A stretch of DNA of 62,803 bases, filler included, from Reclinomonas americana ATCC 50394 (lineage: Eukaryota), in the NCBI GenBank assembly GCA_048213135.1. It is 7 parts of 3 records of this genome, joined end to end, with 100 filler letters (N's around TTAATTAATTAA, not from the genome) between each part and the next. Parts side by side here need not be neighbours in the genome. Positions count along the whole stretch, not along the records: positions 1 to 15,143 come from PS015282.1; positions 15,244 to 33,596 come from PS015283.1; 5 more parts are not named here. One strand, written 5' to 3'. Below, one piece after another: positions 13,224 through 23,679 of this stretch. The notes beneath the pieces were generated by a model. The model made no database searches, was not told where the DNA came from, and saw only the letters and a list, made by a program, of their open reading frames with translations. The translations under genes were made by a program, and so were the position numbers. Each line of letters starts with the position of its first letter. Position 1 is the first letter of the stretch.

Positions 13224-14436
13224 TCGACAATCATTGCGCACACTAATACGATCACAATAATACCGAGTGGATGACAAGGGACAGACCGTCATGTGGCCGT
13301 AAGACGAGATAGTCGACAATCATTGCATACACTAATACGATCACAATAATACCGAGTGGANNNNNNNNNNNNNNNNNNNNNNNNNNNNNNNNNNNNNNNN
13401 NNNNNNNNNNNNNNNNNNNNNNNNNNNNNNNNNNNNNNNNNNNNNNNNNNNNNNNNNNNNNNNNNNNNNNNNNNNNNNNNNNNNNNNNNNNNNNNNNNNN
13501 NNNNNNNNNNNNNNNNNNNNNNNNNNNNNNNNNNNNNNNNNNNNNNNNNNNNNNNNNNNNNNNNNNNNNNNNNNNNNNNNNNNNNNNNNNNNNNNNNNNN
13601 NNNNNNNNNNNNNNNNNNNNNNNNNNNNNNNNNNNNNNNNNNNNNNNNNNNNNNNNNNNNNNNNNNNNNNNNNNNNNNNNNNNNNNNNNNNNNNNNNNNN
13701 NNNNNNNNNNNNNNNNNNNNNNNNNNNNNNNNNNNNNNNNNNNNNNNNNNNNNNNNNNNNNNNNNNNNNNNNNNNNNNNNNNNNNNNNNNNNNNNNNNNN
13801 NNNNNNNNNNNNNNNNNNNNNNNNNNNNNNNNNNNNNNNNNNNNNNNNNNNNNNNNNNNNNNNNNNNNNNNNNNNNNNNNNNNNNNNNNNNNNNNNNNNN
13901 NNNNNNNNNNNNNNNNNNNNCGGATGGATGGATAGAGAAGAAAAGGGAAGTATGCGCACTAATGATACCACAAGCACAACCGCGACCGCCACAATCACTC
14001 CGGCGTTGTCCACGCGCGGATGGAAATGAGGAGCAGGCAACGAGAACACACAGACACATCACCATGAACAAAAACACCACACCATCCCGAACAGATGGCG
14101 GGATAACGACGCAGCGGGTGCGACCGCAGAGAACACATTAAACAAAGGGGGGGAGGCGGGAAACACCAAATCGAGATCCGCGAGATTAACTAACACACAC
14201 ACACACACAGTTGACGGGCCGCACAAGTGGCATCGACTGGGCACGGAGAGTAGAGGAGGGTAGCGGATGCGCGGGGGGGAAGCGATGAACCACAGGGGAA
14301 CACGGGAAGGGAGGGAGGAAAAATAAGAAAGGAACGACGAGACCCTGTCACCACCACATGGGCGACTCTCATAAGCACTCTCGGGCCAGCCACGGGGCAC
14401 GAGATGTTTGGCACACAAATAGATTTTTCACACACA

Positions 14437-16914
14437 TCACGCGCGGTGATCAGCACCCGCCACTCCTGCAAAAAGCACACACAATATGAGTGAACTGACC
14501 ACATAAGCACGAGTTGCAACATTTCGCTGGCACACAAACCTGGTATCCGATTGCCTCGCAGGAACGCCACCACATCGTCGCATCGTGCCATCTCTTGCAG
14601 GAACGGGGTGATCTCGTTCAGCTCCGTGTCGTTGGGGTCGTCGAACCACGACGAAATCGGCAGTGCATTCTCCGGCTGGAAAATGTACGACGCCGGCGAG
14701 TTGTCGATAATCACTGTTCGTGAGAGCTCGCGGCCGATGCATGAGAGGTCCTGTAAGGGGGGAGGGTGAGCGACGGGGATAAGGGGGAAAGGGGGGAGAA
14801 GGGGAAAGGGGGAGGGGGAGAAGGGAGAGGGGAGAAGGGGAGGGGGAGGGGAAGGGGAGGGGAAGGGGAGGGGAAGGGGGAGACGCAGAGAGGGCGAGAT
14901 GCAAAGAGCGGGAGATGCAAAGAGGGGGAGGTGCAGAGAGGGCGAGACGCACAGAGGGCGAGACGCACAGAGGGCGAGACGCACAGAGGGCGAGACGCGC
15001 AGAGGGCGAGACGCGCAGAGGGCGAGACGCACAGAGGGCGAGACGCACAGAGGGCGAGACGCGCAGAGGGCGAGACGCACAGAGGGCGAGACGCGCAGAG
15101 GGCGAGACGCGCAGAGGGCGAGACGCGCAGAGATGGAGACGCGNNNNNNNNNNNNNNNNNNNNNNNNNNNNNNNNNNNNNNNNNNNNTTAATTAATTAAN
15201 NNNNNNNNNNNNNNNNNNNNNNNNNNNNNNNNNNNNNNNNNNNGAGGGCGAGACGCACAGAGGGCGAGACGCACAGAGGGCGAGACGCACAGAGGGCGAG
15301 ACGCACAGAGGGCGAGACGCACAGAGGGCGAGACGCACAGAGGGCGAGACGCACAGAGGGCGAGGCACAGAGAGGGGGAGACGCGCAGAGGGGGAGACGC
15401 AAACAATGAGGGCGAGACGCAGAGAGGGGGAGGTGCAGAGAGGGCGAGACGCACAGAGGGCGAGACGCACAGAGGGAGAGACGCACAGAGGGAGAGACGC
15501 ACAGAGGGCGAGACGCAAAGAGGGCGAGACGCGCAGAGGGGGAGACGCACAGAGGGGGAGACACGGAGAGGGCGAGATACAAAGAGGGCGAGGCGCAGAG
15601 ACGGAGACGAGAGTCGGTTCTGTTTTTCAAGCGAACCTTGACGTAGGAACCGCCGTGGTTGGCACACGCCTCGCGGAACAGCCGATGAGACACCACCTTG
15701 TGCTTATCCAGCTTGTCAATTACGGGGTTGGCGTACTGCAATCACAATGAGCAACAAAGGACTCCCCTCAGAAAAACAACAGCAGAGACAGGAGAAGACA
15801 CACACCTTGCTGAGACTGGCCGTGAAAATCACCACCTCAAACAACTCGCCCATGGCCTTCATAAACTTCTCCACAAATGGCCGCTGCACAAACACGAAAC
15901 AACATAAGCCACTGACCATCACTCATCGCAGCGCACAAGCAAACAAACCTTGAGCACATACACGTCGTGTCTAAACAAGCAAACAAGCAAACAAACAAAG
16001 CAATTAAGGCAATCTGCTTGCGAGGAGGCAAGGCATGAATATAAGGACGCACCGCACGTTGTCAAACTCGACAGGAATGATAAAGTCGCAGCCTTCCACC
16101 GGCTACACACAACAAACACAGAGTCAGTCAACAATACAAAAGACACAATTGTAATGAGGGAAATACACTCAACTCGGAATGAACTGTGCACGAGCGTCTC
16201 ATCGAGATCCAACACCAACGTAATGAGGTTCTTATTGCGGCCGGTTTGCGGCGGCAACAGGTACTCTCGCGAGGGCGGAGCTGTCTGCTGTTATTATTAA
16301 TAAACAAACACAAAAAAAAGTGAGCGACTCTGTGAAAGAGAGAGCTGGGGAAGGAGCAGGCGCAACTGGTGTGTCAAGTGACCGCCGTGGTGTGGGAATC
16401 CTCGGCTGCGCGCGCAGAAGAGTGTGAGAAATGGCCGTGTCGGACAACACACACTCTTCGCGTTCTTCTTCTTCTCACCGCTTGTGGCACCGGTTGGCGA
16501 TTGGTGAAGCAGCAGAACAGGCGACTCAAGAACCCGCGCTCGCCATCAGAAGCTACACACACACACACACACAAACGTGAGAAGTGTGTGTGTGACACAA
16601 CAAGAGAATCACGCGAACGCACACTTGACAACGCTGGAGGAGGACGAGGCGACACCACCGTGCCGCAAGCTGAGATCGGCATCCGCGTGATGCTCATGCC
16701 CAGGAGTCACCTTTTGTGTCACAAAAAAAACAACAAGAGAGTGAGTACACAGAGAGAGCCGCACAAGGCCATTTCACGCTCACAAAACAAACAAACAAAC
16801 AAAGCGTGTGTGTTTAGCGTGTGCGTGTTATGTAACTTGGTAGATGGGGTTCTCTTCGCCGCCGAGATCGGGTGCGGCGGCTGAGGATGCGCTGCCTCCG
16901 CGTGATCCAGCCAT
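14437..16914 (-). CDS. CTD small phosphatase (SCP/CTDSP, FCP1/NIF HAD family)
   Basis: TLVLDLDETLVHSSF (DxDxT), KRPFVEKFM...[76 protein letters not shown]; N-terminal RLFCCF. Start codon inferred. Confidence 0.93.
14875..15610. repeat. 16-bp minisatellite (AGAGGGCGAGACGCAC)n inside an SCP intron, interrupted by a linker gap
   Basis: Tandem copies are visible on both sides of the 15144-15243 gap; the flanking exons join as SYVK|DLSC. Confidence 0.95.
15188..15199. other. Artificial six-frame-stop linker TTAATTAATTAA within N padding (also 33641, 39530, 47848, 53608, 59744)
   Basis: The same 12-mer is centred in ~100-nt N blocks six times; it is an assembly spacer. Confidence 0.97.
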
Positions 16915-17347
16915 GGCGCCTGCGCCACTGCCTGAACCGGCCGTGGTGGCTGCTGCTGCCGAGTACCGCGACGCCGTTGTTGCTGCTGTAGTGGTCGACG
17001 AGGAGGAAGACGCAAGAAGAAGAGGACGCGCTTGTTGGTGTTGCTTGGTTGTTGTGGTGGTGCCGACTCGCAACAGAGGGGAGCTTTCGGTGGTGGTGGT
17101 AATGGTGGCGGCTGCGTGAGGTGCTGTGGTTGCTGCTGTGAGAGTGGCGGTCCGACCGATCTCCGGAGACCACGTGGTGGTGTTGGCTTGTGGGGAGCGC
17201 AAGAAAAAGAGTGAATGGAAGCGAATGGACAACTTCGCGTCGGTCGCGGCTCCCTTCCTTCCCGGTTTTTTTCGTGCTCGGCTCCCTGGCGACTCCTTGT
17301 GTAATTGGCATCGATGTTGTACATGCAAGTCCCGTGCGACTTTGTAG

Positions 17348-18811
17348 ATGTTCAGAGGAGCTGTGCGCGCTGCTGTGTGGTCGCCGCCGCCTGATCACAC
17401 GCGACGGCTGAAGGATGCGCTTGGGATGGCGCCGCTCGAGCTCACGCAGCCGTTCACGGCAGAGGCGGTGATGGATGCAGTGGATCAGCTTGCGCCGGTG
17501 CCGTGCTTCCGGACGCCGGCGCACCAGCAGCTATATCATCGCCTTGCGTGGACTACTGCGATGTTGCAGCGTGACGCGTTTGTCGGCAAGCGAGGTGTCG
17601 GTTCATCGCTGTTTGTTGGTGGCGTGGGTATCGGCAAGACGACCGTGTTGCGCACGTGGGCGGACCTGTGCGGCGTCTTCTTCCCCGATGTGATTGCCGT
17701 GCACGTCAACTACGCGGATTTCTCCGCGCCGGACTGTGTCGTGGGCCGCAAGAGCGTGATGCAAGTCGTGCAGGATTGCCTAGCGCAGACGCACGGCATG
17801 CGCGTCCGCGAGGACGTGAGCACGGAACTGCGGCTCATCGACACCCTACAGCGACACAACAAGAGGCTGCTGCTACTGGTGGACGAGTTGGATCAGTTGT
17901 ACCGCCTGGGTGGCGTTGACGTACTGGTGGACTCGCGCGCAGCTCAGCTTGCAGATGTGGCACTGGGAACACTCGCCGAACTCACCTTCCTCGGCGATCA
18001 GGCCTCGGGCCTCATCAGCACCAACCTGTGTGGATCTGCTGCGGTTCTGCCCATGCTGATCACGTGCAATGCGAGCCCTGCGCTTCGCGGCGAGTTCCCC
18101 GCTCTCAGCAACGCGCCCAACCTGAACGGCACCAAGTACCGCACCGACCGCCTCCATTGCAGCACTCCTGTCGACACTCGAACTGCGGCGGCTGTGCTCC
18201 GCGGCTGCATCAACTTGGTCGGCGGAGAAGAAGGTGCGGTGGAGCTGCTCCACCTTTGTCTCTTTCTGGCCGGGTCCACACCACGCGCCCTCGAAGACAT
18301 CATCGACGCCACGTTGGACCGCACGCGCAATGAGCCTGACCAAGGCTACACCACTGCCAAGGTTGGACGCTTCCGGAGCGCCCTCTTGGTCAAAATGTGG
18401 GAGAAGAATCAGACGTTGCTGGTCCCGTTCATCAACGACGACCACTTTGACGTGGCCCCTGCTCTCCGCGGCGAGTGGACCACGTTCTCTCCGTTGACGT
18501 GCGAGGAGGCGTTTCAAGTGTGGCAGCAGCAGTGTGTCACTGATGAGGACGCCACGATGAATAGCGCCGTGGAGGCGCTGCTTCACCTGGACTTCCGCTG
18601 CTGGTTGGTGCTGGACGGTGTGGAGAACTGCTGCCCGAAACGCATTTATCCGGCTTCCGTGTTCCAAGTCGTGAGGCATCGGCTGGAGAACGGACGAGAT
18701 GGTGCGGAGAATCCCGTTCTCGTGGACGCTCGTCGCAGACTTGCAGAGAAGCTCGTTGACTTGCTCGGCAAGTACGCTCCAGGTGTTCTCGGCAGCTCGA
18801 CCGTCGATTAG
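17348..18811 (+). CDS. Intronless P-loop NTPase (AAA+/STAND-like), 487 aa
   Basis: Uninterrupted ORF with Walker A GGVGIGKT and Walker B LLLLVDELD, then a sensor-like LCGS; no introns, unlike neighbouring genes. Confidence 0.8.
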   Translation: MFRGAVRAAVWSPPPDHTRRLKDALGMAPLELTQPFTAEAVMDAVDQLAPVPCFRTPAHQQLYHRLAWTTAMLQRDAFVGKRGVGSSLFVGGVGIGKTTVLRTWADLCGVFFPDVIAVHVNYADFSAPDCVVGRKSVMQVVQDCLAQTHGMRVREDVSTELRLIDTLQRHNKRLLLLVDELDQLYRLGGVDVLVDSRAAQLADVALGTLAELTFLGDQASGLISTNLCGSAAVLPMLITCNASPALRGEFPALSNAPNLNGTKYRTDRLHCSTPVDTRTAAAVLRGCINLVGGEEGAVELLHLCLFLAGSTPRALEDIIDATLDRTRNEPDQGYTTAKVGRFRSALLVKMWEKNQTLLVPFINDDHFDVAPALRGEWTTFSPLTCEEAFQVWQQQCVTDEDATMNSAVEALLHLDFRCWLVLDGVENCCPKRIYPASVFQVVRHRLENGRDGAENPVLVDARRRLAEKLVDLLGKYAPGVLGSSTVD

Positions 18812-18970
18812 GTTGCCGTGGTCGTCGTCGCAATATAGTTTGACTCACTGATTTCGCCGTAACATTGAGCCTTACTAATTTTGAATCGCTCAAACCGACG
18901 AAGTCTTCCAACCGACCCTGAAAACGCTGTTGGAGCGTTGGTCTCGCGCCAGGACGTAAGTGTCTCAACG

Positions 18971-19338
18971 ATGGGCTGCGCTTCGTCGAAGGTCTGCGTG
19001 TGTTGGAACATGGTCATCTTTACAGTAGACACTCACTCTGCATCCAGCAACAACGCGCCCAGGAAGTGGTGGACACAGGTATGATGATGCGCTGCGGGTG
19101 TGTGCGGGCGTGTTTGTGTGTGTGTGTGTGTGTGCGGGCGTGTTTGTGTTCTCCGATTTTGTGTGTGATGTTTTTTTGATCGCGATCGACTCATCGTTCA
19201 TTTACAGTGCGACGCATGTTTGAGACGCAAGTGCCCGTGTTCCGTCACTTTTCGCAGGAGAACCAGGAGCGATTGATTCGTTCTCATATCTTGACGTTCA
19301 AGCTGCTGCCCCCCAACTATTATATGAAAGTCATTTGA
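18971..19338 (+). CDS. Possible ~60-aa protein with an N-terminal dual-acylation motif (MGCASSK)
   Basis: Splicing 18992-19047 and 19079-19206 gives MGCASSKQQRAQEVVDTVRRMFETQVPVFRHFSQENQERLIRSHILTFKLLPPNYYMKVI*. The second intron has GT..CAG ends and a TG tract typical of introns here. Confidence 0.3.
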
Positions 19339-19452
19339 TTTTTTTGACGTGTTCGCCCAGACTGCGTGAGTTCTTCTATTGTTTCACGCCCCTCGGCGCC
19401 TCCTTTTCCCGCTTCTCACTCACACTGGTTGTGAGCACTTTCTTATTTCTCG

Positions 19453-19566
19453 ATTGCAGTGTTGGTGCACGAGGTGGCTCGCTGCACGCCGGAGACATGC
19501 CGTGGACACAATGTTTAGTTTGCGCGACATATGATGACGTTGGTAGGGTTGCTCGTGCGGAATTAG
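19453..19566 (+). pseudogene. Degenerate relic of the HExxH metallopeptidase C-terminus of the 23680-26558 gene
   Basis: Translates IAVLVHEVARCTPETCRGHNV*FARHMMTLVGLLVRN* versus IAVLLHELAHCTPETRQGHGVEFARYLTVIVGEVLRM in the intact gene; in-frame TAG at 19516-19518 replaces Glu and the second His is lost. Confidence 0.8.
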
Positions 19567-19807
19567 AAACTGCGGTTCTGATGGAAGGAGAAGAAGTCTG
19601 GCAGCAGCACTGCAATTAGCAGTGAGGCATGTTGGCAGTGAAAATGGTCACGTGCAATGATTGTCGATCGACAGTCGAGAGTTTCAGGCAATGGCCTCAG
19701 CTGATCAAGTACTGCCAAGCACAATGTTTAAGGAAGGCAGGCGCGCGCACCTCAATGAGATCGGATTCACTCCGCGAGACACTACGTCACATCGAACTCA
19801 GTAGATG

Positions 19808-22800
19808 TCAGTTGCTGCACTTGAACTGGCAGGCATTCTGGAACCACTGAACTCGAGTTTTGTCACTGCATATCCATTGGTTGTTACCGCCGAGGTCGCA
19901 CTGGGCGTAGATGGCCGCTGGTATGGTAAGCCACTGATCAGGGACTTGACTGGCTATTTTGCTGTTTTCAAGCCTCCTGCAAAAGATAGCATGTATAAGT
20001 ACTCCAACCGAATCGAAGACAACTGTGCATTCCCAATCACTCTCTTACAAGAGGATACTCACAAGTAGGTGAACTGGCGGGTGGCATACTCAGCAGGCAA
20101 TGCACCGTTGAACGAATTCTCCGAAATATCACTGCATGTGAGTGGTTTCCAAGTAAGTTGATGCAGATTGGGAGAGAACAGACAATAAAACGAACATCCG
20201 CGTTACGTTAGGCAGCCCAACGAGTGGAGGATATGTTGTCAGGAGATTGCTGCCAACGAACCTGTGAAAAAACAGAGACACGATGGATGACACAGAGTGC
20301 TGACATGAAAACCGCGTGTCTACTGGAACTTACAGTCCCTGCAGAGAATCCAACTGTAGTAATGGAGGTGGTATTGACGAGAGACGATTGGGCCCAACAT
20401 CCCTGAGCGACAGCATGAGTGACTCACTATTGGACACCAGACGCACGCCCCGATGGCCGCGGCGATACGTATACTCAACAGAACAGTCCACGGATTTTTC
20501 ATGTTCAACAGTTCAGAAGGAAGTTGAAAGAGCCCGAGGTTATACAGCTTTCTGTACGCCAGTAACTCAGAGTCCAGGTAGGCAACAACAAGTATGAAGA
20601 GAGAGAGCACTCACAGTTGTGTAAGGCCCGTCATCCCCAGGAGTGAAAATCCAAGAGTCACTGGTTGAGAAGGGTTGACATTACTATATATCCCAAGAGC
20701 GAGCCTCTGCAGCTGGCGCATTTGCCCCATACACGAGGTCCCGAAGATGGCTGATGATGATACCGAATTAGTAACCATCACTTCACTGAGCGTTAGTAGC
20801 ATGAGAAAAATCGTCAATGCCGTAAGCAAATGCTAAATGGATTCAATACGCACAAGACGAGTAAGTTTGCCAGCTTGCACACAGAGGGCGCGATCACCGG
20901 CTGTTTGATAGCTATGGACCTGAGAGGCGTATAGTAGAATGTCAGAACACGATAGCAAAAAACACATGTAATCAGCAGCAACAAACGCACAGGGTCTCCA
21001 GTAGAGGCAACTGTAGCAGCTGGTCGGTGACACTCGGGCATGCAAAGTTTAATCCATATGTCATCCTGCGTGGGTGTAACTGTCGACGTCAGGGTGCTGC
21101 AGTGATTGTTAACATGTTGTCAGCTTGCAGCCACTTACAATGTAACTAATCCCTTTGCGTTGAAAAAGACGTCATGGCAACCATACAGATTGTCATTGTG
21201 CGACACATCACTGACAAACGGATGTGAGCAACATGGCGTTGGAGACACAAGAATGGCAATGCGTCAAATGGACAATGTACGAACACATTAACCAAGTGAG
21301 TAAGCGATCGAATCGACTCCGGCATCCGCCCATTGAGACCGTTGAAGGCAAGGTGTCTATCGACAAACAATATAGTCACCACCATTATTTTGATTGATTG
21401 ATATCCAATCAGCTCACGCACATTTCAGTGACCTGCGGAGCAGCGAAATTACTATGTACAAGTGTGTTTGCAACAACAACGAAAGGGAGACAGTAAAGTC
21501 CTCACCGCTTCCGAATCGTCGCAAACAACACCAAACCATTCGCAATGTGACACGTCATCCAAAAGCCACAAATCGTTTCGGCTCCATTTTGCACCGTTGG
21601 TCGCTTGGTACAAGTCCGTAAGGATGGATCGTGATAGATCAACTTCACAAAAAGTTCCTGACCAAGTAGTAGAAGCCGTGATTAGCGAGTGCACGTGGAA
21701 AGTCGTGTCGCGTAATCGAAAATATTGTGCAGCCACAGCTCACCATTGTACGGTGGTTGACAAACGCAGTAGCTGAGTTGGAAATAGTCGGACTTCTGGC
21801 ACGCACCACGGCCGCTGCAAGAGACGGGGTAGCGCTCGCTGGTGCAGTTCACTGGAATGTTGAAGTAGGTGCCCAAAGCCTGGTTCAGCAACGCGGCCTT
21901 AGTGTTAATGTTCGAGTCATTGGGAAACCTAAAAGCATATGCAGCAGTGAGAGCACACTTGTCAGCGTAGAGACGCACGGATGCACACGATGCTTACCAC
22001 GCAGAGGTGAAGAAATCAGATATGAGCTTGGTGTCAATCCGAAGCGGCACTGGCGAGTTGATCACTGTCGGGGCCCAGGCAGTGAAATTTGTCGATATAC
22101 TGTCACCACCGTACGTCGAGACATGTAGATTCTGCGACTGGGTGGCCTGTTGCCACTTCTGGTAAGCGGTGGTGTTTGTGTTCACCTTGGCGAGTGGGAA
22201 AAGTCAGATCGCACACAAATCGAGCAATGTTTTTCTTGCAAGTGCGACGCGAGAAGAACCTTTTGTCCGGCATGAACGAAGAAATCCACCGAAGCTTGCT
22301 CTGAAACAACAACGCCTTGTTCTTTAAGCTGCTCGTAGGTAGACACGTCCAATGTCGACTGTTCCATCATCTGCCGCAGGAAAGAAAAGAGTCGGATACA
22401 AATCCAGTACATACACCAGAAAAAGACTCACCACTCCACCAAGTTCCATCTTGGCAACGGCATGTGTTCCGAATCGGGTGATAAAGTCAACGTAAGCAGT
22501 CGACATGTCGCCACTCGTTGGAAGGTGTGCCACTGCATTTCGGAAAGCCAAAGAAAACGCCGGCTGCTGCGAGTACGGGTCGAACTGCGGAGAAGCAATC
22601 CAGTACGAGGCTCGAGCCTTGTTGAGGTAGAAGTAGGATGACTGCGACTGGATACTCTCCGCCATGTTGTGTGTGTTGACGTCGAGTGAAAAGGCAAATT
22701 TCCAGAACTTGGTGTCAACGCCGACGTCAATTGTCTTGCTGTTCATGATATCTTGCAGACTTTCGAACGCGCCACTTTGGGAGTCGAAGTTGAGGGTAGC

Positions 22801-23345
22801 ACTGCACGACACTTGAATTCCGAAAGGCACGAGCAAGTCCGACTGACAGGTCCCATCAGCAGTCACTGCTCATTCACATAGTATTGAGTAGTCGTTCGTG
22901 CACAGGAATCGTGACACCGCCCCCACCCCCCTCTCTCTCTCTCTCTCCCACACACACGCACACACACGCACACCATTCGCATACCATTATAAACAAACGT
23001 GAAGATGTTATCGCGAAACGTTTCAAAAATGTCGTCTGAGCCCTGAAAGAACGGACTGCCCTTCAGCACATCTACACCTTGTGCCAGGTAGTTGATGCCA
23101 GGCAGGGCTGTGGGGGAGACGCAGATGAGAGAGGTGGACACAGCATGAAGCACGCGCCTGCGACCATTACTTTTTCCAACACGGTCGTGTTGACCGCGCA
23201 TGCGCGTGTGCACAATGCTGGGGAATGCTTGCGTGTCTTCTGTCAACGACACCATGACTGTCTCTCGAGAGCACGATGCAAGCATGCTCAGGCATGACGC
23301 GCATGCCAAGAGCGCCACACACAAGAACACAAATCGACCTCGCAT
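19808..23345 (-). CDS. Predicted secreted MACPF (perforin-like)-EGF-LRR protein
   Basis: Signal-peptide-like MRGRFVFLCVALLACASC; MACPF signature YVDFITRFGTHAVAKMELGG (~22435-22495) and WAPTVINSPVPLRIDTKLISDF; EGF-like CSGRGAC...CVCQPPY...GTFCE; LRR N-cap LTDLYQATNGAKW..NDLW..CEWFGVVC; ~11 LRRs (e.g. LDVGPNRLSSIPPPLLQLDSL); Cys cap CDLGGNNQWIC...C...C; TGA at 19808-19810; no transmembrane segment seen. Confidence 0.88.
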
Positions 23346-23679
23346 CTTTCAGCGTCCCCCACACACACAAATAATCAATAGTGGGCTCGCGCGCGCGACC
23401 GGGTGAGTGAAATTTTGCTGTCTTTTCACTTTCCACCTCCCTCCAGTGGAAGCCACAGTTACTGTGCGTCACACACACTGCTGCATATATCCGCGCTGCA
23501 ATCACCTCTGCCTTCCGCACAAAACACGAGTCGCACTTCCTGTCGTCCCGCCGCCGGGTTGTCATCAATCCTCCTTTCCACCCACCCACCAACTCCACCA
23601 ACGCATCACGACAACAACTCGACAATGCCTCGATTCTCCTTCTACCCCCCATCATTACTCTCGCCCTCGCACGCAGAGA

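Noticed and set aside
13182-13360. ~60-nt duplication of the GNB1L stop/3'UTR
   Set aside because: Directly abuts a gap; cannot be distinguished from a collapsed repeat or assembly artefact.
10842-15750. Long Arg/Gly/Glu-rich or Ser/Pro/Leu-rich ORFs and ORFs running through N blocks
   Set aside because: Translations of intronic simple repeats or of gap characters, not genes.
19516-19518. TAG aligned to Glu as a sign of stop-codon reassignment
   Set aside because: TAG terminates intact genes here (GNB1L, GMF, the NTPase), no conserved exon contains in-frame stops, and the relic also lost a zinc-binding His.
19531-19581. ATGATGA...CTGA resembling a C/D-box snoRNA
   Set aside because: Very short, no terminal stem seen, and it overlaps the peptidase pseudogene frame that explains the sequence.
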